The notes under the pieces are model-generated. The model searched no databases, was not told the origin of the DNA, and saw nothing but the letters and a program-made list of their open reading frames with translations. From positions 82,896,001 to 82,960,000 of the forward strand of contig CM059432.1 in the NCBI GenBank assembly GCA_030390025.1: a DNA stretch of 64,000 nucleotides, in the 5' to 3' direction. Of this stretch, positions 35,905 through 49,682 are shown piece after piece (position 1 is the stretch's first letter; each line of letters begins with the position of its first letter). Source of the stretch: Squalus acanthias. Lineage: Eukaryota. Made by a program: the position numbers and the translations under genes.

Positions 35905-38900
35905 TTACATAGGATATACGGCACAGAAACAGGCCATTCGGCCCAACCAGTCCATGCCGGCGTTTATGCTCCACTCGAGCCTCCTCCCGTCTTTCCTCAT
36001 CTAAACCTATCAGTATAACCCTCTATTCCCTTCTAGAGTCTTGAAGGAAGTGGCGGTAGGGATTGTAGATGCATTGGTAATAATTTTTCAAAACTCCCTG
36101 GATTCCGCTAAGGTCCCAGCAGACTGGAAAACTGCTAATGTAACACCCTTATTTAAAAAGGGCAGTAGACAGAAGGCTGGTAACTATAGACCGGTTAGCC
36201 GAACATCTGTGGTAGGTAAAATTTTGGAGTCCATTATTAAGGAAACAGTAACAGGACATTTGGATAATCATAATTTAATAGGACAAAGTCAGCATGGTTT
36301 TACGAAGGGGAAGTCATGTTTGACAAATTTGCTGGAGTTCTTTGAGGAAGTAACATATAGAGTGGATAAAGGGGAACCAGTGGACGTAGTGTATTTAGAC
36401 TTCCAAAAGGCATTTGACAAGGTGCCACACAAAAGATTATTGCTTAAGGTAAAAAATCACAGGATTGGGGGTAATATTCTGGCATGGATAGAGGATTGGC
36501 TATCTAACAGAAAGCAAAGAGTTGGGATAAATGGTTCATTCTCAGACTGGCAATCAGTAACTAGTGGTGTTCCACAGGGGTCAGTGCTGGGTCCCCAACT
36601 CTTCACAATCTATATTAACGATTTGGAGGAAGGGACCAAGTGTAACATATCAAAATTTGCAGATGATACTAAGATGGGAGGGAAAGTAGTGAGTGAGGAG
36701 GACATAAAAAACCTGCAAGGGGACATAGACAGGCTAAGTAAGTGGGCAGAGATTTGGCAGATGGAATACAACACTGGAAAGTGTGAGGTGATGCACTTTG
36801 GCAGGAAAAATCCTAGAGCAATTTATTATCTTAATGGCAAGAAACTGGAGAGTACTGAAGTGCAAAGGGATCGGGGGTCCTGGTGCACGAAACTCAAAAG
36901 GTTAGTATGCAGGTGCAGCAAGTGATTAAGAAGGCAAATGGAATGTTGGCTTTCATTGCTAGGGGGATAGAATATAAAAATAGGGAGGTATTGCTTCAGT
37001 TGTACAAGGTATTGGTGAGACCGCACCTGGAATACTGCATACAGTTTTGGTGTCCTTACTTAAGGAAAGACATCCTTGCTCTCGAGGCAGTGCAAAAAAG
37101 GTTCACTCGGTTAATCCCGGGGATGAGGGGGTGGTCATATGAGGAGAGGTTGGGTAGATTGGGACTCTACTCATTGGAGTTCAGAAGAATGAGAGGCGAT
37201 CTTATTGAAACATATAAGATTGTGAAGGGGTTGGATCGGGTGGATGCGGGGAGGATGTTCCCGATGACGGGTGAGACTAGAACTAGGGGACATAGTCTTA
37301 GAATAAGGGGCTGCTCTTTCAAAACTGAGATGAGGAGGAACTACTTCACTCATAGGGTGGTAGGTCCATGGAATATGCTGCCACAAAAAGCTGTAGAAGC
37401 TACATCATTAAATAAATTTAAAACAGAAATAGACAGTTTCCTAGAAGTAAAGGGCATTAAGGGTTACGGGGAGCGGGCAGGAATTTGGACATGAGTCTAG
37501 GTTCGGATCGGTCATGGCCCTGTGGGTAGTGGAGCAGGCCCAGGGACCGTGTAGCCTGATTCTGCTCCTATTTCGTGTGTGCAATTGTGTTAGATGCAGG
37601 AGATGGTTCTGTGATAGATAGTAGATTGGCGGTTAGGATCAGATCAGCCATGATCTTATTGAATGGCGGAGCAGGCTCGAGGGGCCGATTGGCCTACTCC
37701 TGCTCCTATTTCTTATGTTCTTATGTTCTTCTCCCTCATATGCTTGTCTAGCCTCCCCTTAAATGCATCTATACTATTCGCTTCAACCATTCCCTGTGGT
37801 AGCGAGTTCCACATTCTCACCACTCTTTGGGTAAAGAAGTTTCTTCTGAATTCCCTATTGGATTTCTTGGTGACTATCTTATATTGATGGCCTCTAGTTA
37901 TGCTCTTCCCCACAAGTGGAAACATTTTCTCTCTATCCACTATCAAAACCTTTCATAATTTTAAAGACCTCTATTAATTAGGTCACCTCTCAGCCTTTTT
38001 TCCAAAAGAGAAAAGAGACCCAGCCTGTTCATCCTTTCCTGATATGTATACTCTCGCATTTCTGGTATCATCCTTGTAAATCTTCTCTGCACCTTCTCCA
38101 GTGCCTCTATATCCTTTTTATAATATGGCGACCAGAACTGCACGCAGTACTCCAAGTGTGGTCTAACCAAGGTTCGGTACAGGTTTAGCATAACTTCCCT
38201 ACTTTTCAATTCTATCCCTCTAGAAATAAACCCTAGTGCCTGGTTTGCTTTTTTTTTTTTTAAATGGCCTTGCTAACCTGTGTCGCTACTTTTAGTGATT
38301 TGTGTATTTGTACTCCGAGATCCCTTTGTTCTTCTACCCCACCTAGACTTGTGACCTCCCTACTCTTCCTACCAAAATGTAATACCTCACATTTCTGTGT
38401 TGAACTTCATTTGCCAATTATATGCCCATTTTGCAAGTTTATTAATATCCTCCTGTAATTGTTTCCGTCCTCCTCAGTATTGACTATTCCCCCCCAATTT
38501 GGTGTCATCCACAAATTTAGAAATTATGTTTTTGATTCCAAAGTCTAATTCATTAATGTAAATTGTGAGCAACAGTGGTCCCAGCACTGACCCTTGTGGA
38601 ACACCACTACCCACCTTCCGCCACTGTGAATAGCTACACTTTACCCCTACTCTCTGCTTTCTGTCTTGAAGCCAGCTAGCTATCCATTCTGCTACTTGTC
38701 CCCTGACTCCGCATTCTCTGACCTTGTTCATCAGTCTATTATGGGGTACCTTATTGAAGGCCTTTTGAAAATCTAGGTAAATTACATCTACTGCGTTACC
38801 ATTGTCTACTCTCTCTGTTACCTCTTCAAAAAATTCAATTAGGTTGGTCAAGCAAGACTTTCCCCTTTTGTAATCCATGCTGACTATTCCTTATTATAAT

Positions 38901-40405
38901 TTTGGTTTCTAGATGTTCTTCTATTTTCTCCTTTAGTAGGGCTTCCATTATTTTTCCTATCACCGATGTTAAGCTGACTGGTCTATAATTCTCTGGACAT
39001 GTTCTATCCCCCTTCTTGAATATAGGTATTACGTTAGCTATCCCACCAGCCCTCTGGCACTACACCTTTTTCTAATGATTATTAAATATATGTAGTAATG
39101 CCTCTGCTATCTCTTCCCTAGATTCTTTTAAAATGCGTGGATACAATCAATCCGGACCAGGGGCTTTATCCTCGGAGCTTGATTAGTTTATTTAATATAT
39201 TCCCCTCTTTTTATTTTAAATGCACTTATCTCATTACTAATCTCATCAGCCAATGTCATGTCCACCTGTTCTATCTCCCTGGTAAATACTGAAGCAAAAT
39301 AATTATTTAATATTTCTGCCATCTCTCTATCATTACCTGTGGTATTATCCTGTCTATCCCTTAATGGCCCTATTCCCATCCAAACCTTCCTTTTTTTATT
39401 GATGTGCCTGTAAAATATTTTACTATTTTGTTTTATGTTCCTTGATAATTTAATTTCATAGTTCCTCTTTGCCTTCCTAATTGTTTTTTTGACTTCTCTC
39501 CTAATCTCTTCATATTCTCCCTTATCATGCACTCCCCTACTGTCCATGTTCTTAATGTATGCCTCTTTCCTTACCCTCAATTGTTCCCTTATGGCTTTAT
39601 TCATCCATGGAGTCTCATTAGTGTTTAGTTTGTTCTTTCCTTTTAGCGGAATATATTGTTCCTGCACTCTGTTGAACACCGTTTTAAATGTTTCCCATTG
39701 CTGTTCTAGATCGTTGTTTGCCAGTATTGTTGCCCATTTTATTTTCTCAAGTTCTATTCTCAGCCCCTCAAATCAGCTTTTCTCCAATTAACCTGGTTTT
39801 CGTCATACTTATGTCCTTCTCAATTATCATCTTAAAGCGTATTATATTATGGTCACTATTGCCTAGATGTTCCCCTACTTTTAATTCTCTTATCTGCTCT
39901 GGTTCATTCCCATTACTAGCTCTAATAGCGAATCCTCTCTTGTTGGACTTTTTACATATTGGGTTAGAAAGGAATCCTGTACACATTGTAGGAACTCTAT
40001 TCCCTTATCCCCTTTACCTACCTCTTCTGTCCAATTAATATTGGGGTAGTTGAAATCCCCCATGATTATTATTCTATGTTTTTTACTCATTTCCCTACTT
40101 TGTCTGCATATTTCTTCCCCCACCTCCCTTCCACTATTAGGTGGTCTGTAGATTACGCCTATTAGGGTGATTGATCCTTTATTATCTTTTATCTCTATCC
40201 ATATGGAGTCTATTTTTGTCTTGCTGATAGCTGTGTCACTTTTTTCTACTGTCATTAGGTTATCCCTAATAAGTACAGCTACTCCACCTCCCCTTTTTCC
40301 CCCCTCTATCTTTTCTAAATATATTATACCCTGCAATGTTTAATTCCCAGTCCTGATTTTTCTGTAGCCATCTCTCAGGAATCCCTACTATGTCTGGTTC
40401 GTCGC
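35905..40405 (-). mobile_element. CR1 LINE ORF2 (APE-RT) whose 3' tail (35905-36034) is separated from the body (37733-40405) by a nested CR1
   Basis: APE YRPP/GDFN/SDHN (39768..40336); RT (37713..38878); cttct repeated at both junctions. Confidence 0.9.
36035..37727 (+). mobile_element. Relatively young 5'-truncated CR1 (RT domain nearly intact, one frameshift)
   Basis: ORFs 36041..36925 and 36883..37494 with [24 protein letters not shown] and FADD; (ttcttatg)n tail. Confidence 0.95.
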
Positions 40406-40932
40406 TGTATTAATAAAACTACACCAGATTATCGTTCTTAAATACATCAAGGAATATTTTTAATGATTTTTTTTAAAAATTACGTTCTAATACGTTGCCC
40501 GATTGCTCTGGAAAATTTTACATTCGATGATATGCAAATGAGTTTGAGCAGAGACTTGAGCAAAAAAAACCATCTGAAAACCAGCGCATTTTGAGCGCAA
40601 TTTCCCCCGGATCACCGATTGCTCCCAAACCAGAAACACTTGACCGCTGTGCCTAAAGTGTATAAAGGATGGTTTGATGGCTTCATAAGGAGAGATTTAC
40701 GAATGGAAAATTGGCGTAAGTTCCACACTTTTTAGGCCCCCTGTTGTTTACGCTGATTTTTATATGCTAATGAGATTCTTTTGGTGCAAGTTGCAAGATC
40801 GGCATAATTTTGTTAATTTTGGCGTAACCAATGTGCCATTTTGAGGAAATTCCGGACCTTTAAAATTCAACTGCCAGATCATCTAAAGCATAAAAATGAA
40901 ACTAATTTTGTAGTTCTTGGATCTAAACTGAC

Positions 40933-41033
40933 CTCAAGCATCATTGGTCCGAGTGCATCCTTGTCAATGACACCTTGACCTGTAGAGGACACATCAGCCT
41001 TCTGCACAGCATCTTCATTTGCAGCAGCCTTTT
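40933..41033 (-). CDS. NCOA2: NCOA2 coding exon (post-bHLH linker into [38 protein letters not shown])
   Basis: Manual minus-strand translation matches the NCOA2 motif [21 protein letters not shown]; acceptor ttttgcag| and donor |gtcagt; 101 bp, ends phase 0. Not in the ORF track because it is too short. Confidence 0.95.
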
Positions 41034-42419
41034 CTGCAAAACAAGAGTAAATTATTGCAACATGGAGATCCGCAGGATTGTCAGAGCTCGGAGTTAACCC
41101 TGAAACTGCTTTATGCTGATTTTTTTAATGGGAATCTAAAACATTTCAGAAGGCCAAGAACATGAAAGCAGTACAAAGTGACTGATATATTCTGCCTTCT
41201 GTAAAATAAATAGTTCAACAAAGTTTTGCTGCAATCTAGATTAAGTCCTTTCTTCCGAATTCAAAACTGTTTCTAGCTTACAAAACAATACTATGTAGTT
41301 CTAACGTTTCACTTTGCTAATTACATTTAGCTGCCTAATGGAAAGATTATCTATCTAGTCTACTGCAATTCTAGCTCACTGTGGAATAAAGAAATCAATT
41401 GATCCCTACATACTCAGTGCCGATAGAAGACAGGACTAATTGGGCAGCAGGGCTTTTAAACCATTGGGAGACTTTTGATTCCTTCCCAAATACTCTACTG
41501 GAGGAAAGCTTGTTATTGGGATAGGTGGAAGGGTCAAATAAATCAGATGTAATTGCGTACCAAAGGGGCAAAAACGACAAATGTCTGATGTCCTTCCTAT
41601 AACCATGACTCTTTCAGACCCTGGGAGGGATTGGCTATCCCTTCAGTCTCAATATCATACAGGAAACCCAAAATACGGAGCCAAGAATGCCATTATAGGA
41701 CAACAGATGTGTGAGCACCTGCACCTGTCATTTATCAGGTGTCTGCAGTTTTGGTGCAAAGTCTTCAGTTCTTTCTTGGCCATTTGCTCAAACTGAAAAT
41801 TAACCTCTTCTGGACACACTGCAGCCAACTGCTGCATTTTAAATCAGAATAAGTGTTAATATCACTCCATGTATGTTTCACCAAGCAATGCGCCTCAGTT
41901 AGTCCTCAGTACATGCAGCTAGCCAACTAGCCCAGTCTTTTAGGTTTCCTAACTCAAACTAACTCCTTTGAAATGGTGTCTATAGAGACTTTGCTCCATC
42001 CTTGGTACATAATGGTGAAAAGGAAAACTAGCTTGATCCACAGGTACTGAGGCAATCTTACAGCGTGGTTACAGTCACACTAATAAACGTCCTTGATACT
42101 TGGGTTCATATTGCACAAATAGAGTTAGATATATACACATATGCATACTTATATTTATTAAAAAATCTTAGGTTTGTACACACTTCCTGTCTTTGTCGTC
42201 ACTTTTTTGCTACAATTTTGTGTCAATTATAAATTATGTCCACATTAATGTAATTAGTATTTATTGCTTTTCTCTCCCGAGGACTGCTGTCTGCTTCCAC
42301 GGCCATCTGGCCCGCCGTCAGCCACTGCTGCTCCCACCACTTGGTCAGCTGCTCTGAGGCCCATTTTTGGCTGCCACTGGATCGGAGTTTCCTCAAATTT
42401 TTTTATTCTTCCTTGGATT

Positions 42420-42800
42420 CATATTCAGGACCTGGGTATCACTGGCAGGGCCAGCAATTTTTGCCTATCCCTAGTCACCCTTAGAAGGTGGTGTCGGGAC
42501 TTTTGATCGCTGCAAGCGGTTTGCTACAACGGAGTTGTTTGTTCGCTCACTTCAGAGGGCAGTTAAAAGTCAACCATCAAGGTGTGGGACTGGAGCCACT
42601 GACCAGACCAGGCAAGGACTTCAGATTTTCTTCTTTAAAAAGGACATTAGTCCTTCAATCTGACCGCTTGATGGTCACTATTACTGATACCAGCTTTTTA
42701 TTTCCAGATTTTTAAGAACTGAATTCAAATTCTCAAACTGTCATGGTAGGATTTGAACTCACGTTCTCTGGATTATTAATCCAACGATCTGGATTATTAA
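42420..42800 (-). mobile_element. tRNA-like-headed SINE whose head and tail both match the second LINE family
   Basis: B box gagttcaaatcc (~42749-42760, minus); body matches 52131-52383; tail matches the LINE 3' end at 45445-45545. Confidence 0.78.
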
Positions 42801-45444
42801 GATGCTGACTTTGCAGTGGGGACGACCAAAGCTACCAGGCAGTGCCCAGCCTGGCTCCCGGTTCAGCCACCTTGGCCCATAATCCTCAAGGTGCCCCTGA
42901 ACCAACTGACTGCTTCAGTCCCGGTTAATAATGCTCCTAGTGCAAATCAATTCTCAGGTGCAACTTTTCCTTTCTAACACATGTTGAAAATATGAGAGTT
43001 ATTGAAAAGCCAAGCTTATGTGTTAATGCATTTTAAATCACTGCAATATTTGAGGAACAGATGCATAATATGAAGCCCAAAAAATAACCGATATATATTG
43101 AGTGCCTCCCCCACAAGATTGGGAAAAAATGAGGGGCAACATGACCAAGGAAAAAATAATGAACAAAAATTGAGTGCCTCCTCACACAATTTAAAAACGC
43201 AGATGAAGGCAAATGGAAAGAGAAAGATTAAAAGAAAACTTGAATGTTGAGGATAATTAGGCATAGTATCCATTACCTTTTGAAATGTATGGTATATTTG
43301 TATAGATCATTATTATTTAGGCCAGTTGGCAGACACAACCAGTTACTACAAATAAGATACTCCACAAAGACCTCAGTGTAGATTCATTGCCAATATCTTT
43401 GTCAACAAAAAAGTTCAACAAACTAACTACAAAAAGGTACAATTTTATTACTTACATGAAAAACAAACAAAAATGGCACTTTTTAAATTAAAATGCCAAA
43501 GAGCATCGGGGGATCAGAAAATACAATGGATTACCATTCTGTTGTCAGTGTAATAGTCACTGTACTTCCACTGCACTCCACAGTAAACTGATCCTATGTA
43601 TAGCATTTGAGATGTTATGAGGTGTACGTGCCACTCATTTTTTCACTTCTGTTGTTCAAGTTCAAACCTTGCGCAGACTGATGGGATGATCATTTTCTAA
43701 ATTGATTACTGTTAGATACAGAATATATCTATTCTTATTTGTATTGTTTGTATTGTGTATTATAAATTTTAGTCATGGAAAAATTTAAGGTTTACTTTCC
43801 ACATTTTAGTTCCAATGCTTTCAGGATTTTCTTTTCAAACTTTAATATTTCATAAAAGGTAATTTGTTGTTCTTTCATTTCTCAGCTAACAAGGTCTTAA
43901 ATGTAATAAACTGGTGCTTGAATGACAACATACACTATTTGTATGCTTCAATTTTAACACATGTTCCAAAAGTTGTGAGGTACCAATTGTTATTTTAGCC
44001 CAAGAAATAATATTCAGTTAGATCATCAGTGTCTGGAATTTTAGTTATGAGTCTTTGCAAGCCTAATTTTAGTCAGTTACAAAGATGAACTATTTCGTCC
44101 TCAATGTAGTTGAAAAAAATAACACCGAAAGACCATTACAAGCCAAGGATATGCAGTAATTTCAAAATATATGCTGGACGGAGCATAATTTAAAAGCAAC
44201 CAATGTCTGATGCTTTAAAACTACGCCTATATCTCCATTTCTATGTTAACGGTGAAAAATGGGCAGACAGTCTGGTCCTTCATAGCTGCCTTTAGCTTAT
44301 ATCCCAACTTCATTCTGAACAGCTGCTGTGTGTGCGCCATTCTGCATTTTAATTTCTTAAGAAGCAGCATGAAGTGAAAACAAGATTCATTCAAAGTGCA
44401 TGGTGCAATCTGCCTCGAAGCAGATGCAATGTGCTCATTTCCAACAGCCTGCCAGAAGGGAGGCTCACTCCTTCCTGCTGAGTGTGCCTTTCCACTGGGA
44501 TTATGCCAGTGTCTTAAGAGATTTTGTTTATAATTACACTAACAGTAGCAGCAGCAGCTCTGCCTACAAGATGACCATGTTGGATAGAATTCAGTTAAAC
44601 AATGCAGCCAATTACACTCTCAGAAAAGCTTCACTTCTCGTTTACCCAGATTTTCTATCCAGTCGGAATGGCAGGCACAGCTCTCAGCCAGAAATAATAC
44701 AGTAGCGATCATGAGCAATTTGCATATTATTGGCAGAAGAGTTTAAAAGGTTACCCGCAGATCAAGTTATACTATGTCAATTCATAAAATATAAATATGA
44801 TGGCAAAAATCATGCAACAACTATATTTTTTTTTACATGGAGCTTGAATATTTTAACTCTGCTGCAAACATAAATGTATATAGTTTTATATTAAACATCT
44901 TAACCCAAAATGTGTTGCCAAAAAGGCCAATACTAATGTATGTTAATACCTTCATTTCTAAAGGACTAAAGTAGAAAACTCAAACCAAATGCTCAAAATA
45001 CAGATCATACACAAATAACTGACAGTCCATGCAGCAATAAATCAAACCTATTCCATATCCAATTAATTTAAGCAACTGAGTCACACAGCTGGACAAAAAT
45101 CCATTTAGCAATCTATACCTCCCACTGGTATAATGCATCACATAAATATATACACGAAAAGGCTGACTATTGCACACCTCTGACCTTTAGTTTGTACAGC
45201 AAGAGTGTAACATTAGTGGTATAATGTCTGATAAGTAGTCCTGCACCACAATTTCCTTCAGGCAGTCAATCTACAGCATCCTCTTCAGACCAATTAATAT
45301 CAGCCACAAGACACTTTGGAAAAAAAATCCTACCTTTCACAATCAGTTTTTTTCTTAGTGGTAACTAATTTCAACCCTCCCTGCAGATCTCTGTGCTACT
45401 GTTCACCTCCATCAGCCGATTGCACAATTTAAAAAAAAAATTCA

Positions 45445-48400
45445 TTCACAGGATGTGGGCGTCGCTGGCAAGGCCAGCATTTATTGCCCATCCCCAATTG
45501 CCATTGAGAAGGTGGTGGTGAGCCGCCTTCTTGAACCGCTGCAGTCCGTGTGGTGATGGTACTCCCACAGTGCTGTTAGGGAGGGAGTTCAAGGATTTTG
45601 ACCCAGCGACGATGATGGAACGGCGATATATTTCCAAGTCAGGATGCGTGCAACTTGGAGGGGAACTTGGAGGTGGTGGTGTTCCCATGCGCCTGCTGCC
45701 CTTGTCCTTCTAGGTGGAAGAGGTCGCGGGTTTGGGAGGTGCTGCCGAAGAAGCCTTGGCGAGTTGCTGCAGTGCATCTTGTAGATGGTACACACTGCAG
45801 CCACGGTACGCCGGTGGTGGAGGGAGTGAATGTTTAACGTGGAGGATGGGGTGCCAATCAAGCTTTGTCCTGGATAGTGTTGAGCTTTTTGCGTGTTCTT
45901 GGAGCTACACCCATCCAGGCAAGTGGCAAGCATTCCATCACACTCCTGACTTGTGCCTTGTAGATGGTGGAAAGGCTTTGGGGAGTCAGGAGGTGAGACA
46001 CTCGCTGCAGAATACCTAGCCTCTGACCTGCTTTTGTTGCCACAGTATTTATGTGGCTGGTCCAGTTAAATATCTCGTCAATGGTGACCCCCCCAGGATG
46101 TTGATGGTGGGGGATTTGGTGATGGTAATACCGTTGAAGGTCAAGGGGCGGTGGTTAGACTCTCGCTTGTTGGAGATAGTCATTGCCTGGCACGTCTGTG
46201 GCGCGAATGTTACCTGCCATTTATCAGCCCAAGCCTTAACGTCGACCAGGTCTTGTTGCATGCGGGCAAGGACTGCTTCGTTATCTGAGGAGTTGTGAAT
46301 GGCGCTGAACACTATGCAGTCATCAGCGAACATCCTCATTTCTGACCTTATGTTGGAGGGAAGGTCATTGATGAAGACACTGCCCTGAGGAACTCCTGCC
46401 GATGTTCTGGGGCTGTGATGATTGACCTTCAACCACCACAATCATCTTCCTTTGTGCTAGGTATGACTCCAGCCAGTGGTGCGTTTCCCCCCCCGATTCC
46501 CATTGACTTCAGTTTTACTAGGGCTCCTTGATGCCAGACTCAGTCAAATGCTGCCTTGATGTCAAGGGCAGTCACTCTCACCTCACCTCACCTCTGGAAT
46601 TCAGCTCCTTTGTCCACGTTTGGACCAAGGCTGTAATGAGGTCGGGAGCCGAGTGATCTTGGCGGAACCCAAACTGGGCATCTGTGAGCCGGTTATTGGC
46701 GAGTAAGTGCCGCTTGATAGCACTGTCGATGACACCTTTCATCACTTTGCTGATGATTGAGAGTAGACTGATGGGGTGGTAATTGGCCGGGTTGGATTTG
46801 CCCTGCCTTTTGTGGACAGGACATACCTGGACAGTTTTCCACATTGTCGGATAGATGCCAGTGTTGTAGCTGTACTGGAACAGCTTGGCTAGAGGCTTGG
46901 CTAGTTCTGGAGCACAAGTCTTCAGCATGATAGCTGGGATGTTGTCGGGGCTCATAGCCTTTGCTGTATCCAGTGCGCTCAGCCGTTTCTTGATATCACA
47001 TGGAGTGAATCGAATCGCCTGAAGACTGGCTTCTGTGATGGTGGGGATCTCGGGAGTAGGCCGATATAGATCATCCTCTCGGCACTTCTGGCTCAAGATG
47101 GTTGCAAACGCTTCAGCCTTGTCTTTTGCACTCACGTGCTGGGCTCCACCATCATTGAGGATGGGGATGTTCATGGAGCCTCCTCCTCCCCCCGTTAGTT
47201 GTTTAATGGTCCACCACCATTCACGACTATATGTGGCAGGACTGCAGAGCTTTGATCTGATCCGATGACTGTGGGATCGCTTAGCCCCGTCAATAGCATA
47301 CTGCTTTCGCTTTTTAAGCATGCATGTGGTCCTGTGTTGCAGCTTCCCCAGGTTGGCACCTCATTTTTAGGTACGCCTGGTGCTGCTCCTGACATGCTCT
47401 TCTACACTCCTTATTGAACCAGGGTTGGTCCCCTGGCTTGATGGTAATGGTAGAGTGAGGGATATTTCGAGCCATGAGGTTACAGATTGTGGTGGAATAC
47501 AATTCTGCTGATGGCCCATAGCACCTCATGGATGCCTCTGACCTGCTCTTGTAGCCACAGTATTTATTTGGCTGGTCCAGTTAAGTTTCTGGTCAATGGT
47601 GACCCCCAGGATGTTGATAGTGGGGGATTAGACAATGGTAATGCCATTGAATATCAAAGAAAGGAGTTTCGACTCTCTTGTTGGAGATGGTCATTGCCTG
47701 GCGCGAATGTTACTTGCCACTTATCAGCCCAAGTCTGAATGCTATCCAGATCTTGCTGCATGCGGGCGCAGAATGCTTCATTATTTGAGCAGTTGCGAAT
47801 GGAACTGAACACTGTGCAATCATCAGCAAACATCCCCACTTCTGACCTTATGATGGAGGGAAGGTCATTGAAGAAGCAGTTGAAGATGGTTCGGCCTAGG
47901 ACACTGCCCTGAGGAACTCCTGCAGCGATGTCCTGGGGCTGAGATGGTTGGCCTTCAACAACCACAACCATCTTCCTTTGTGCTAGGTATGACTCCAGCC
48001 AGTGGAGAGTCTTCCCCTTGATTCCCATCGACTTCAATTTTACTAGGGATCCTTGGTGTCGAGAGCAGTCACTCTCACCTCACCTCTGGAATTCAGCTCT
48101 TTTGTCCATGTTTAGACCAATGCTGTAATGTGGTCTGGAGCCGTGTGGATCTGGCTGAACCCAAAATGAACATCGCTGAGCAGGTTATTGGTGAGTAAGT
48201 GCCGCTTGATAGCACTGTCGATGACCCCTTCCATCACTGTGCTGATGATTGCGAGTAGATGAGGTGGTAATTAGCCGGATTGGATTTATCCTGCTTTTTT
48301 GCAGACAGTGCATACGTGAGCAATTTTCCACAGTGTCAGGTAGATGCCAGTGTTGTAGCTGTACTGGAACAGCTTGGCTAGAGGCGCGGCTAGTTCTGGA

Positions 48401-49128
48401 GCACAGCCTTTGCTGTATCCAGTGCGCTCAGCCGTTTCTTGATAGCACATGCAGTGAAGTGAATTGGCTGAAGACTGGCATCTGTGATCGTGGGGACCTC
48501 AGGAGGAGCAGAGATGGATCATCCACTCGCCACTTCTGGCTGAAGATGGTTCCAAACTCTTCAGCCTTGTCTTTTGCACTCACATGCTGGGCTCTGCCAT
48601 CTTTGAGGAGGTTCATGAAGCCTCCTCCTCCTGTTAGTTGTTTAATTGTCCACCACCATTCACGATTGGATGTGGCAGGACTGCAGAACTTTGATCTGAT
48701 CCGTTGATTGTGGGATCGCTTAGCTCTATCTATAGCAGGCTGCTTCCACGGTTTAGCATGCCTGTAGTCTGGAGTCAATGTTGAGGACTCCCAGGGCCAC
48801 TCCCTCCCGAATGTATGCCACTGTGCCACCAACTCTGGTGGGTCTGTCCTGCTGGTGGGACAGGACATACCCAGGGACATTGGTTGAAAGGTACAATTCT
48901 GTGAGTATGACCCTGCCAGGCCACTGCTCAACAGCTCTCCCTATTTTGGCACAAGTTCCCAGATGTTAGTGAGGAGGACTTTTCAGGGTTGACTGGGCTG
49001 GGTGCGACATAGTCATGTCTGTATCCGGTGCCTAGGTCGATGCTGGGTGGTCTGTCCGGTTTTACTCTTAGTTTTTTGTAGCGGTTTTGATAAAACCGAG
49101 TGGTTTGCTGGGCCATTTCAAACCACAT
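45445..49128 (-). mobile_element. Second LINE family (APE-RT, CR1/L2-group but distinct from the vertebrate-type CR1 copies); two overlapping copies in tandem (45445-~47537, ~47538-49128)
   Basis: NYHPISLLS, QFGFRQDHSAPDL, GVPQGSV, FADDC, HSLHHRRTVAAVCTIYK; the RT segment occurs twice. Confidence 0.88.
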
Positions 49129-49157
49129 GCAAATATAACCCCGCTATTCAAGAAAGG

Positions 49158-49160
<3 letters not shown>

Positions 49161-49204
<44 letters not shown>
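49161..49204. repeat. (AG)n microsatellite, about 22 units, expanded inside CR1 coding sequence
   Basis: Directly visible; replaces the short gggagagaga (GGRE) tract seen in other CR1 copies. Confidence 0.95.
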
Positions 49205-49207
<3 letters not shown>

Positions 49208-49682
49208 ACTAAAGGCCAGTTAGCCTGACATCAGTAGTAGGAAAATGCTGGAATCCATTATTAAGGAAGTGGTAACAGGGTACTTAGAAAATCATAATAT
49301 GATTAGGCCGAGTCAACATGGCTTTATGAAAGGGAAATCGTGTTTAACAAATTTATTAGAGTTTTTTTGAGGATGTAACTAGCAGAGTAAATAAAGGGGA
49401 ATTAGTGGATGTAGTATATTTGGATTTCCGAAAGGCATTCGATAAGGTGCCACATAAAAGGTCGTTACGCAAGATTAGGGCTCATGGGGTTGGGGTAATA
49501 TATTAGCATGGATAGAGGATTGGTTAATGGACAGAAAACAGAGAGTAGGGATAAACAGGCAATTTTCCGGTTGGCAGGCTGTAACTAGTGGGGTGCCACA
49601 AGGATCAATGTTGGGGCCTCAGCTATTTACAATCTATATTAATGACTTAAATGAAGGGACCGAGTGCAATGTATCTAAGTTT

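Larger units (their letters stand above)
34980..40858. mobile_element. Putative non-autonomous TIR DNA transposon (arms ~34980-35900 and ~40410-40858) split by CR1 insertions
   Basis: Left ggctcagaaattcctgaaa versus reverse complement of right ggtccggaatttcctcaaa (about 14/19); CpG-rich arms resembling Harbinger-type ends; TSD not clear. Confidence 0.5.

Noticed and set aside
41395..41837. Short ORFs as the missing NCOA2 bHLH exon or a novel gene
   Set aside because: No similarity to the expected ENKYIEELAEL/KPDKCAIL motifs, and no recognisable domain.
49002..49223. ORF with ERERER repeat
   Set aside because: Translation of an (AG)n microsatellite.
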